Made by a program: the position numbers and the translations under genes. The notes below the pieces were generated by a model. That model saw only the letters and a list, made by a program, of their open reading frames with translations, did not search any database and had not been told where the DNA came from. From Erysipelotrichaceae bacterium (GTDB lineage Bacteria; Bacillota_I; Bacilli_A; Erysipelotrichales; Erysipelotrichaceae): a stretch of DNA of 64,000 nt. How positions within the stretch are numbered: position 1 is the stretch's first letter; each line of letters opens with the position of its first letter. The stretch is from contig JAFRIE010000013.1 in NCBI GenBank assembly GCA_017432885.1, forward strand, positions 17,956 to 81,955, in the 5' to 3' direction. Positions 9,580 to 18,148 of the stretch are shown in pieces.

Positions 9580-10407
9580 TTATCCGTCCAGTTTTCCGGA
9601 TATGAAGTATCCCAGTATAAACAGGAGGATATAGAGGAGCAGATAGGAAACCTGATAGGTGAGCTTCCATAACATGACGATAACCGAAGCGATCATGATC
9701 CCCCCGATAAAAGCGCTGATAAAATGCCGGTAACGGTCGTAAAGATGTTTCACCAGCTTTGATAAAGTCAATATGGCAGCAAGAAGTCCAATCAGCACCG
9801 GCACTATGACGGTAAGATCCAGATTCGCAATCGCGGCAGTGATCTTCTGGTACAGACCCATCACGATCAGCAAGGATGAGGAACTTAATCCGGGAATGAT
9901 CATGGATAGACCCCAGATAGAGCCGGAGACCAGATACCAGAAAATATTGGCCCGGATCTCAATACCCTGACTTGTATCGATAAACCGAAAGACCGACAGG
10001 AACAGTAATGTCCAGAAGACAAATCTGTAGATCCCTTTTGTTTTGATTTCCGCTTCTTTCAGGATCGCGGGCATTGTTCCGACAATCAGTCCGGCGAAAA
10101 AAACGGTAGCAACTGTTTCATACTTTAAGAAAAGAACTTCAAGCAGCTTTGCCAGAAGAAAGAAACCGCCCAGCCAGCCGATGGAGAAAGGCAGAAAGAG
10201 ATTCCGGTGTTTTTTGAGATTCTTTCCGGGATTAGAAAGAACTTCAATCAGCGGTTCATAGATCCCGAAAGCAAGGCAAAGTACACCGCCCGATACACCG
10301 GGCAGAATAGCTCCGGTCCCGACGATCATCCCTTTTAGAAGTATCAGAATCCAATCTGTTTTCTGTTCTGTTTCCTTTTTCAAGCTTTCCTGTGTTTTTT
10401 CAGACAT
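9580..10407 (-). CDS. DUF368 family membrane protein (family reported as undecaprenyl-phosphate translocase, PopT-type)
   Basis: Polytopic protein with the DUF368-type GAILPGVSGG motif near the N-terminus and a repeat of it (IPGLSSSS). Confidence 0.7.
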   Translation of the reverse strand: MSEKTQESLKKETEQKTDWILILLKGMIVGTGAILPGVSGGVLCLAFGIYEPLIEVLSNPGKNLKKHRNLFLPFSIGWLGGFFLLAKLLEVLFLKYETVATVFFAGLIVGTMPAILKEAEIKTKGIYRFVFWTLLFLSVFRFIDTSQGIEIRANIFWYLVSGSIWGLSMIIPGLSSSSLLIVMGLYQKITAAIANLDLTVIVPVLIGLLAAILTLSKLVKHLYDRYRHFISAFIGGIMIASVIVMLWKLTYQVSYLLLYILLFILGYFISGKLDG

Positions 10408-10442
10408 ATCCTCATTATAGTGCTTTTCTTTGAAACAGGGAT

Positions 10443-10470
10443 ATAAAAATCCGCCCGGTCAGGGGCGGAT
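10443..10470 (-). terminator. Intrinsic terminator after pcp
   Basis: Minus strand AUCCGCCC...GGGCGGAU followed by UUUUUAU. Confidence 0.7.
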
Positions 10471-10491
10471 CCTTAAATGATAATAAAGCTT

Positions 10492-11103
10492 TTACGCTTT
10501 TGAATCGACGATGGCTTCGATGGAAGCTTCAATCGCTTTCACAACATCTTCTTTGGAAAGAGACGGTGTTTCCTTCTTATTCATGACCTGTTCATGCAGG
10601 AACGGTACATGCATGAAGCCGCCGATCATATTCGGAAATTCCTTCTCGATGTAGTAGCGTACGCCGTACATCAGATGGTTGCAGACATAAGTGCCTGCGG
10701 TATTGGAGATCGCTGCAGGAACGTTGGCCTTCTTCATATATTCGACCATCTTCTTGATTGGAAGCGTGGAGAAGTAAGCGTTGGCTCCATCGGCGAAGAC
10801 AGGCTGATCGACAGGCTGATTGCCTTCGTTGTCAGGGATCCTGCCGTCATCGCAGTTGATTGCGACTCTTTCCGGAGTTACTTCAAATCTGCCGCCGGCC
10901 TGGCCGATGCAGAATACGACATCCGGATTCTCTTTTTTCATCGCTTCGTGAACCGTTTCAATTGCCTTGCCGAAGACAACGGGTACGTAACACTTCACGA
11001 TCTGAGCGCCTTTGATTTCGTCTTTTACCAGTGCGACCGCCTCCTGAGCCGGATTAACGGTCTCACCACCGAACGGTTCAAAACCGGTTAACAGTATTTT
11101 CAT
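10492..11103 (-). CDS. pcp: Pyroglutamyl-peptidase I
   Basis: MKILLTGFEPFGGETVNPA N-terminus, the catalytic Cys context GTYVCNHLMY and His in FMHVP. Confidence 0.9.
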   Translation of the reverse strand: MKILLTGFEPFGGETVNPAQEAVALVKDEIKGAQIVKCYVPVVFGKAIETVHEAMKKENPDVVFCIGQAGGRFEVTPERVAINCDDGRIPDNEGNQPVDQPVFADGANAYFSTLPIKKMVEYMKKANVPAAISNTAGTYVCNHLMYGVRYYIEKEFPNMIGGFMHVPFLHEQVMNKKETPSLSKEDVVKAIEASIEAIVDSKA

Positions 11104-11112
11104 ATCATTACC

Positions 11113-12054
11113 TTAGAATGCCAGCGTAAGCAGCAGCACGACATGAACCAGCAGCATGCATACGGCAAACGGAATCTGAGATGCGATAACAGAATACTTG
11201 TTCTTGGTCTCCAGCAGAGCTGCAGGCACGATATTGAAGTTTGCTGCCATTGGTGTGCACAGTGTGCCACAGTATGCGGCAGTCAGACCTAATGCGCCGA
11301 CAACGATCGGATTGGCACCCTGATTGATCAGGAACGGTACGCCGATACCGGTCATAATGACTGTGAAAGCGGCAAAGCCGTTGCCCATGATCATTGTGAA
11401 CAGAGCCATACCTAAGCAGTAAATGAAGCAGGCGATCAGGATGTTGTTCTCAGGAACGACCATCGAGACATAGTAGGATACCGCTTCACCGACGCCGGCA
11501 GCCGTGAACAGTGCGCCTAAGGCAGACAGCAGCTGAGGCAAGATACCTGTCGTAGATACATTGTCCATCAGTCTTGCGCCATCAACAGCGGCATACTTCG
11601 GAGATGCCTTGGTCAGCAGCAGAACTGCCAGTAAGGCAACAACACCGGAGAGACCGATCGCGTTATTCGCCGTCAGCCATGAAAGGGCCGGAACCTTGGA
11701 ACCCAAAGTAGCACCAACAACGGCAACGACAGCAATACATAATGCAGGAATAAAGATCTTGTAACCGAGTTCATCTGCATGTTTACGGACAGAGGCTGGA
11801 TCCGGTACATCGTTCTTGGACTGTACAACACCGCCGATAGCCGTCAGACAAGCCATGATGACGATCGCAGCGCCGACCAGCCATTTCGGAACCCATGGTC
11901 CGCAGATGAATGTAAAGGCCAGCAGGAACCAGAAAGCGGCAGTTGTCACTTTCTTGGAACAGCCTTCATCTTTTAATGCCTTGACACCGACAAGGATGAA
12001 GACCAAACCGATAATGCAATAGAATACTTCACCTAAAATCTGAGCTGCATTCAT
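11113..12054 (-). CDS. DUF979 family membrane protein
   Basis: 313-aa polytopic protein in the conserved DUF969-DUF979-pcp arrangement. Confidence 0.6.
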   Translation of the reverse strand: MNAAQILGEVFYCIIGLVFILVGVKALKDEGCSKKVTTAAFWFLLAFTFICGPWVPKWLVGAAIVIMACLTAIGGVVQSKNDVPDPASVRKHADELGYKIFIPALCIAVVAVVGATLGSKVPALSWLTANNAIGLSGVVALLAVLLLTKASPKYAAVDGARLMDNVSTTGILPQLLSALGALFTAAGVGEAVSYYVSMVVPENNILIACFIYCLGMALFTMIMGNGFAAFTVIMTGIGVPFLINQGANPIVVGALGLTAAYCGTLCTPMAANFNIVPAALLETKNKYSVIASQIPFAVCMLLVHVVLLLTLAF

Positions 12055-12743
12055 TATTTCGTTCCTCCTTTGCTGGCTTTATCCAGCTGCTTGTCCAGCC
12101 AGAGGTTTCTGGCAATACCCAGAACCATGGAAATGACAGCGACTGGGATGGACCATTTCGCAACCTCTAAAGCGATTGCACCGGTCTCACCTAAACCTAA
12201 TGTTTCTGATAAGAAACCTGCAATCAGCAGTGTTCCTGAAGAACCCATGAAGCAGTTCTGTGCAAAGAAGTTGCCATAGTTCTCGGCACCTGCCGATCCG
12301 CCCTTAATGATGTCTGACATCTTGTCATTCAATTCGCCATACTTAGCAACAGCAGCACCTTCGGCCATTGGTACAACGACCGGACGTACGAACTGAGGAT
12401 GTCCGCCTAATCGGATCGAGAAGGCAGCAGCCAGTGTTCTGATTGCCTCGTAAACGATGATGACTCTGCCGGCAGTTGCGGATTTGATACTTCTGATAAA
12501 GTCGATCGCTTTTTCTTTCAGACCGTATCTCTCACAAATGCCGATCGCTGGTAAAGTCAGAACGAACAGAGTTGCGGTTCTCTGAGAAACAAAGGAATTT
12601 CCTAAAGTCGTAAGAATATCCATGATGCTCATACCGCCAACCAGTCCGGTGACAATACCGGCAAGGACAACTGTTGCAATCGTATCGAATTTCAGTACTA
12701 AGCCCACTACAACAATTGCCACGCCAATTAATCTTATAAGCAT
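12054..12743 (-). CDS. DUF969 family membrane protein
   Basis: 229-aa polytopic protein, translationally coupled (ATGA overlap) to the DUF979 gene and upstream of pcp. Confidence 0.6.
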   Translation of the reverse strand: MLIRLIGVAIVVVGLVLKFDTIATVVLAGIVTGLVGGMSIMDILTTLGNSFVSQRTATLFVLTLPAIGICERYGLKEKAIDFIRSIKSATAGRVIIVYEAIRTLAAAFSIRLGGHPQFVRPVVVPMAEGAAVAKYGELNDKMSDIIKGGSAGAENYGNFFAQNCFMGSSGTLLIAGFLSETLGLGETGAIALEVAKWSIPVAVISMVLGIARNLWLDKQLDKASKGGTK

Positions 12744-12785
12744 AACAATAATCCCCTTTCTTTAATTTACGTTTAATTATAATAC

Positions 12786-12821
12786 GAAAAAAACATGCTT
12801 GCAACAATTTACACAAGCATG
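12786..12821 (-). terminator. Intrinsic terminator (usable in both directions)
   Basis: CAUGCUUG, a 12-nt loop, CAAGCAUG, flanked by A7 and T6 runs. Confidence 0.6.
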
Positions 12822-12847
12822 TAATTTTTTACATTTTATTTGAATTC

Positions 12848-13237
12848 TTATTCAGAAATATTCTTCTGGTCAATTTCGAAGCAAGATTCGAAAACATGTG
12901 TCATGATTCTTTCGGTCTGTTTTCTATCCTTCCCCGTAAGTTCCATCAGATCTTTGATCGACCAGATATGTTTTTTCAGCAGTTTAGGCGGGTATACACG
13001 CAGTTCATTCAGCAGTTCCCTGATCCAGTATGCCAGCATGATCAACGGAATCGATACAAGAACTCTCCATAGGGTAAAATCGATTACAAACTTTCCCTCA
13101 TGAATAAAAAGCAGTCCTATTACCGCCAGCATGATCAGGCTGAGCAGTGCCGAGTAAAAGACAATATCAAATTTCGGTGCCTTGTAATGCAGCAGCTTTA
13201 CCGGTCTGTTAAAATCATACACAGGAAGTCGTTTCAT
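12848..13237 (-). CDS. Hypothetical membrane protein
   Basis: Two predicted TM helices (FYSALLSLIMLAVIGLLFI and VLVSIPLIMLAYWI). No family recognised. Confidence 0.5.
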   Translation of the reverse strand: MKRLPVYDFNRPVKLLHYKAPKFDIVFYSALLSLIMLAVIGLLFIHEGKFVIDFTLWRVLVSIPLIMLAYWIRELLNELRVYPPKLLKKHIWSIKDLMELTGKDRKQTERIMTHVFESCFEIDQKNISE

Positions 13238-13289
13238 TTCATTTGTCCCCTTTTTATTGTATTATTTTAACATAGAAAGAATATAGCCT

Positions 13290-14261
13290 ATGATTAATAT
13301 CGATAAAGGAATTTCCATCATACTGCACGACTGGCTCGATGTAGGAAAAGACGAGCTGATCCATTTTATTACCGATGAAACTCACATGAAAGAAGCCGAT
13401 GCCATTTCCAGATGGGCATACGGAGCAGACGCTGTACTGAAGACGACTATCCTGAATTCTCAACTGGTACAGAAAGGCGAGATCATTGAAAGTATGACAG
13501 ATATCTTCTGTAAAGAAGACGTCATCATCGGAGCAACGGATTTTTCTTTCATCACAACCAACGCCATCCGGACTGCCGTCAGACACGGAGCCCGTTTCCT
13601 TTCTCTTCCGTTGTCCTGTTCCGACGGATCTTCCCTGCTGGAAAACGACTTCATCCAGATGGATCCCCGTGTCACTTATCGGGACGCCAGAAGGATCATC
13701 AATGTCTTGAAAAACTGTAAGAAAGTTCATATTACAACGAAGAAAGGAACAGACCTTTCCTTTGATATTGAAGGCAGAAATCCCGGCTATTTCAACGGAA
13801 AAGCTGCCCGGAAAGGACTGATCGGTTCTTCCTCTTTTGAAGTTTTCGTCGCGCCAAATGAAGACAAGACCAATGGCGTCCTTTATCTGGATGCTTCCTT
13901 CGGCTATCTTGGTCTGGTAGAAAATACAGTTAGGATCATTTTTAAGGACGGTAAGATCATATCGGCAGAGAGTGAAGGAAACGATGCGCAGAAACTGCTA
14001 AACTATATAGAATCATTTCAATCGGAAAACATGTACAAAGCCGGAGAACTGGGTATCGGACTGAACCGCATCTCCAGAACCAGAGGCATTTCCTATATTG
14101 AAGATGAATCCGCCTTCCACACTTTCCATATCGGCATGGGCAGAAACCGGGGACTGGGCGGAAAACAGGATGCTGCAGGACACTTCGATATCGTTACCAA
14201 CGATCCGACGATTATCGCCGACGGAAAGATCATTATGAAAGACGGAGAAATCGTCTGTTAA
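13290..14261 (+). CDS. M29 (AmpS/PepS, aminopeptidase T)-like metallopeptidase homologue
   Basis: The C-terminal pattern EDESAFHTFHIGMGRN ... GHFDIV resembles M29 metal-ligand motifs. Assignment is from memory only. Confidence 0.5.
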   Translation: MINIDKGISIILHDWLDVGKDELIHFITDETHMKEADAISRWAYGADAVLKTTILNSQLVQKGEIIESMTDIFCKEDVIIGATDFSFITTNAIRTAVRHGARFLSLPLSCSDGSSLLENDFIQMDPRVTYRDARRIINVLKNCKKVHITTKKGTDLSFDIEGRNPGYFNGKAARKGLIGSSSFEVFVAPNEDKTNGVLYLDASFGYLGLVENTVRIIFKDGKIISAESEGNDAQKLLNYIESFQSENMYKAGELGIGLNRISRTRGISYIEDESAFHTFHIGMGRNRGLGGKQDAAGHFDIVTNDPTIIADGKIIMKDGEIVC

Positions 14262-14263
14262 GA

Positions 14264-14285
14264 ACCGCAGCCGCGGTTTTTTTCA
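14264..14285 (+). terminator. Intrinsic terminator after the M29-like gene
   Basis: AACCGC-AGCC-GCGGUU followed by U7. Confidence 0.7.
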
Positions 14286-14385
14286 TTCTCATTGCATTCT
14301 ATAATATCTTCTATCAGTACAAATTAATGTATCTGTATTCACTCAGATAAACCATGATTTCGATCTGTAAGATCCCGCTGAACGG

Positions 14386-14417
14386 GAAAAGAAAAACACA
14401 AGAGAGAATCTTGTGTT
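14386..14417 (-). terminator. Intrinsic terminator after the 57-aa membrane peptide gene
   Basis: Minus strand ACACAAG-AUUCUCU-CUUGUGU followed by UUUUCUUUU, starting 1 nt after the stop codon. Confidence 0.65.
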
Positions 14418-14591
14418 TTAGAAGAAGCTAAGAACAAATCCTACGATCCCCAGGATCAGCAGGATGTGCGGAGCATCCAGTACCCCGTGTTCAAGAGAAA
14501 CCAGGGCGTGCATCTGTCTCCAGTAGAAGAACAGGTAAAGGCAATAGCCGATAGCGGCGGCAGCGACGGTGAAGAACAGTGTATGAATCAT
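14418..14591 (-). CDS. 57-aa two-TM membrane peptide (absent from the ORF track because it is under 60 aa)
   Basis: MIHTLFFTVAAAAIGYCLYLFFYWRQMHALVSLEHGVLDAPHILLILGIVGFVLSFF. GGAGG lies 7 nt upstream, directly abutting the stop codon of the upstream XRE-HD gene. Followed by a terminator. Confidence 0.55.
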   Translation of the reverse strand: MIHTLFFTVAAAAIGYCLYLFFYWRQMHALVSLEHGVLDAPHILLILGIVGFVLSFF

Positions 14592-14603
14592 AAGTTACCT
14601 CCT

Positions 14604-15434
14604 TTACATCAGCCTTTTATAAATATCCAGCATACTTCTGATCTGGTACTGCAGAAGCCAGGAAGCGTTGTTGTATTCCGGCGTCTGCTTTAGAACTTTA
14701 AACAGCGGCAGCACATACTGTTCCGTTTCCATGATCGTCCGGTAGATCCTGTCTCTGCTTAAACCCCAGGACATCGTTGTCAGGTTGTTGCAGCGGTCCA
14801 CGCACTTGATCAGGGCGGCTTTCGGATCGGATGCGAGGTCCTTGTAGTAGGCTTTCATGATCGTTTCCCTGTTTTTGTCATCCTTTTCATGCGTCAGCAG
14901 TTTTACCAGCCGTTTTGTTTCTTCTCCGGTCGGAAGATCATCCAGCCTGTATTCCGTATCTTCCACAACATCATGAAGCAGACAGGCGGCAATCAACGCG
15001 TCATCATCAACTTCCATCGCAAAACAGTGACATGCCAGATTAAGGGGATGATAAATATAAGGAATATCCGACTTTTTACGGGTCTGCCCCTCGTGTGCCT
15101 TGATGGCGAAGTCCAGGGCTTTCAAGGTGTCGCGATACCCTTTCGCTCTGGCGGTGTGTTTCACGAAAGTCGCCATGTGTTTCCAGTCAAAGATATTTTT
15201 GTCCGTCGTAAAGACGTAATCCTCTCTGTTCTCTACCAGGGAAGAAACGGAAACTTCAAACAGTTTTGCCAGTTCCAGCAGATTGTACATATCCGGAAGC
15301 GCCTTGTCATTCTCCCAGAGCGATACCGCCTGATAGGAAACATTCAGTTTATCCGCAACCTGTGCCTGCGTCATATCGGCATCCTTTCTGGCCTTAGCGA
15401 TCCTTTTTCCAATTGAATTCAATGTTTCGTTCAT
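14604..15434 (-). CDS. XRE-family HTH fused to a RelA/SpoT-type HD (ppGpp-hydrolase-like) domain
   Basis: N-terminal HTH (MTQAQVADKLNVSYQAVSLWENDK). The C-terminal HD domain has YIYHPLNLA, LLHDVVEDT and IKCVDRCNNLTTM, which parallels the SpoT motif KLADRLHNMRT. Confidence 0.75.
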   Translation of the reverse strand: MNETLNSIGKRIAKARKDADMTQAQVADKLNVSYQAVSLWENDKALPDMYNLLELAKLFEVSVSSLVENREDYVFTTDKNIFDWKHMATFVKHTARAKGYRDTLKALDFAIKAHEGQTRKKSDIPYIYHPLNLACHCFAMEVDDDALIAACLLHDVVEDTEYRLDDLPTGEETKRLVKLLTHEKDDKNRETIMKAYYKDLASDPKAALIKCVDRCNNLTTMSWGLSRDRIYRTIMETEQYVLPLFKVLKQTPEYNNASWLLQYQIRSMLDIYKRLM

Positions 15435-15513
15435 CGTCTTCCCTCCCTACATTTCCAGTATAGATTTTTATCCCTTATCCGGTAATGGAATAGCACTATA
15501 GTTACCAATAGAA

Positions 15514-15534
15514 AACTCAAGTAATACTTGAGTT
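15514..15534 (-). other. Stem-loop immediately downstream of a perfect TATAAT (15543-15548)
   Basis: Minus strand AACUCAAG-UAUUA-CUUGAGUU followed by UUCUAUU. Could be a 5'-terminal hairpin or an attenuator of the XRE-HD mRNA. Confidence 0.4.
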
Positions 15535-15586
15535 CCCTTTTTATTATACGAAATATAGGCAAAATATGCAAATGAATGTGTGTACG

Positions 15587-15608
15587 AAAAAACCCAGGAT
15601 ATCCTGAG
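15587..15608 (-). terminator. Terminator-like hairpin in the ASCH / XRE-HD intergenic region
   Basis: Minus strand CUCAGG-AUAU-CCUGGG followed by U6. Confidence 0.5.
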
Positions 15609-15678
15609 TTCTGCTGATCGTATTTACTCTTCTACGATATGAAGTATTTCTTTGAAAGAATCAATGCCGTAGGTGGTG

Positions 15679-15702
15679 TTAAAAAAGCGGTATTACCGCT
15701 TT
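15679..15702 (-). terminator. Intrinsic terminator after the ASCH gene
   Basis: Minus strand AAGCGG-UAAUA-CCGCUU followed by UUUU. Confidence 0.5.
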
Positions 15703-15732
15703 AAAATACTTTCTATTTCTATTTATCCAGTC

Positions 15733-16158
15733 CTATTTCTCATATACGACTTCAAATTCTTCACATACCAGCTTCATCTTCTCATCGAAAGTCATATTTA
15801 CCGATTCAAGCTCATCCGTAAAGAATTCCCGATGGACCTCGCGCCAGTATATCAGAGACCTGTCTCCTTCACCTTCCTTGAAAGCGTGTTCTGTCGATAC
15901 CTTGTCAAAAGATTCAATATAGACCTTTGTCGTCCGGATGATACATACCGCTTCCTGCCTTGCATTCAGGATAACACTGTAATCCCCTTCTTTCGGAATC
16001 TCTTCCCCTTCCTGTTCATACAGAACAAGAGCCGAACAGGTTGCCGTCTTGATTCCTTTTCTTGTCAGTTCCGCCAGCTTATCCGGAGCACCGCCGAAAG
16101 CCCATGCTTCATAGGATCCCTGTAAACCCGACTTCTGCCACAATTCTTCAGCCGTCAT
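15733..16158 (-). CDS. ASCH domain-containing protein
   Basis: Start trimmed to MTAEELWQKSG. Pattern AWAFGG...KGIKTATCS...EGEGDRSLIYWREVHREFF is typical of ASCH proteins. Confidence 0.8.
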   Translation of the reverse strand: MTAEELWQKSGLQGSYEAWAFGGAPDKLAELTRKGIKTATCSALVLYEQEGEEIPKEGDYSVILNARQEAVCIIRTTKVYIESFDKVSTEHAFKEGEGDRSLIYWREVHREFFTDELESVNMTFDEKMKLVCEEFEVVYEK

Positions 16159-16172
16159 ATTCTTTCCCTTCT

Positions 16173-17243
16173 TTACCACATCTCTTCCAGATTCCCCTGG
16201 TCCTGGTAGTAGTCTTCCATCAGAACCACAAAGCTCCACTTGGACCGCTTTAAAAACTCTTCATGCGAATAAGCCGTCACATGCAGATCCCCTGTCCAGT
16301 AGGATTCACCGGTATAGATCTTTTCCTCATCCATTCCGATAACCATTCCGATATGTCCGATCAGACCGACAAAGTCTCCCGGTTTTACCTCATCGATATC
16401 AAGATAACGCAGATAGACCTTTTCACCCAGATCACTCAGATCGTGCGTGCCGGCTCTAGGACCCGATCCCAGATCGCCACAGTCGAATCCTGCGTTGTAC
16501 AATACCTAGCTGATAAAACCGGAACAGTCAAATCCGTTACTGGAATACCTGCCCCTGCCGTATTCATAGATCTTGCATCCCCAGATCCCCGGACCCGTTC
16601 CGGATCTGCCGATTTCTTCTTTCTTCTCTTCTGAAAGATAAAGACCCTTGTGATAATATCTTCCCTCTCCATCAACTCCATAGGAATTACTTAATCTGCC
16701 GTTCTCAAAGAAATAATTCAGTTTATAAGGAAACTGCAGCAGAAGGAACCGCGCAGCAGCCACGACTCCCGCTCTCGTCCGATGACCGGCCTGTTTCACT
16801 TCATATTCCAGCACACTATCCAGAAACTCGTTCTCTTCTCTCGTATAATGTTCACAAGGCAGGAATTCTTTCTCCGCCAGAACAGGGATCGTATACAGAT
16901 CCGAAACATGCACCAGATAGCCACTGCATTCTCCCTGTATCCTGACTGTTCCTCTTTTTACTCCTTTGATCGTATTCCCTTCAATGGAAACGATCTCTGT
17001 GTCCTGAGAGATATAGCGTCCTTCCGGAAGGACGCGTTCCTCACCGAAAGCCAGATAGATCTCTTCCTCAAAATGCAGTCTGCAGGCTGCAGGTACATCA
17101 ACGGCAATCGTCTCTTCCAGTCTTAATGTTTCTGGCAGCGGCTCAACAGAAAGTTCTTTTTTTGCATAAAGATACAATCCTGAGAGAAATGAAAAAAGAC
17201 AAAACATGAACAGGGAGATCTTTATGTCGTAACGTTCCGTCAT
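16173..17243 (-). pseudogene. NlpC/P60 (C40) cell-wall hydrolase interrupted by one in-frame TAG
   Basis: ORFs 16506-17276 and 16173-16502 are in the same frame. The read-through sequence is ...NGFDCSGFIS*VLYNAGF...GDFVGLIGHIGMVIG. The catalytic Cys lies before the stop and the catalytic His after it. The stop sits where the family normally has Trp (TGG to TAG). Confidence 0.7.
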
Positions 17244-17295
17244 ACCGGTATTATATGATAACCGAATCAAAAACAAAAGAAATATAAAAACAGGT

Positions 17296-17802
17296 CTATA
17301 CCTGTTTCATGATCTCCTTTCCCGTTTCATATTTATCCTGTTCAGGAATCGTAAAGATGATCCTGATCTCGTGATCCGGATGCTTCCTGCACCAGTCCTT
17401 ACAGGCTCTCAGAGCCGTTTTCCAGGCTTTTTTCAAAGGATAACCGTAGATACCTGCCGAAATCAAAGGAAAGGCGATCGAAGAAATAGAATGCTCTAAA
17501 GCCAGATCCAGACTGCTGATGTAACAGCTGTAAAGAAGTGTTTCCTCGTCGTGGTTTCCATCTTCATAGATGGGTCCTACTGCATGAATGATGTAGGGAC
17601 AAAGCGCAAAGCCCGGCGTGATCACCGCATTTCCCGTCTCGCATCCGCCGATGTCGTCACAGGCTTTCTGCAGTCTTGCAGCACCTGCGGCTCTGAAGAT
17701 GGCGCCGCATACTCCACCTCCCTGTAAAAGACGGGAATTGGCAGCATTGACAACCGCTTGCGCTTCCGTGGCGGTAATACCTGTTTTTCTGATCTCTATC
17801 AT
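17296..17802 (-). CDS. Macro domain protein (O-acetyl-ADP-ribose deacetylase / YmdB-like)
   Basis: VNAANSRLLQGGGVCGAIFRAAG and IAFPLISAGIYGYP motifs. Confidence 0.85.
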   Translation of the reverse strand: MIEIRKTGITATEAQAVVNAANSRLLQGGGVCGAIFRAAGAARLQKACDDIGGCETGNAVITPGFALCPYIIHAVGPIYEDGNHDEETLLYSCYISSLDLALEHSISSIAFPLISAGIYGYPLKKAWKTALRACKDWCRKHPDHEIRIIFTIPEQDKYETGKEIMKQV

Positions 17803-17830
17803 TCCAATATCCTTTCCTTCTTCTATTCAA

Positions 17831-18148
17831 TTATTTTATAAAAACATTCTGTATCAGCAGCATGTATGCAATAGTTCCTGACAGAATAGACAAAGCCGTT
17901 GAATGCTTCCATTTATATGTAACAACGACGATGACAACAGCGATCAGTTCCGGCAGAAATCCGCTGAATGTATTAAAACGGACATCTTTCAGACAGTACA
18001 CCACCAGCATTGCCATGGCGCAGTACGGCAGAACGTTTCCCAGATACAGGATCGCTTCCGGAGTCTTTTTCTGAAACAGCAAAAAGGGCATGAAACGGAT
18101 CATCATCGTACATAGAGCCATGACTGTAATCAGGATCCAGCTATGCAT
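17831..18148 (-). CDS. azlD: Branched-chain amino acid transport protein AzlD
   Basis: 105-aa protein with 3-4 TM helices, overlapping the upstream AzlC gene by 8 nt. Confidence 0.7.
   Translation of the reverse strand: MHSWILITVMALCTMMIRFMPFLLFQKKTPEAILYLGNVLPYCAMAMLVVYCLKDVRFNTFSGFLPELIAVVIVVVTYKWKHSTALSILSGTIAYMLLIQNVFIK

Noticed and set aside
13254-13730. A 158-aa minus-strand ORF.
   Set aside because: It lies entirely antisense to the M29-like CDS, which has family motifs, an RBS context and a terminator.
16503-16511. The TAG in the NlpC/P60 gene as programmed recoding (pyrrolysine or read-through).
   Set aside because: TAG is used as an ordinary stop elsewhere in the window (for example at 242-244). 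No pyl genes or recoding signals were seen. The position corresponds to a conserved Trp, so a TGG-to-TAG nonsense change is the simplest explanation.
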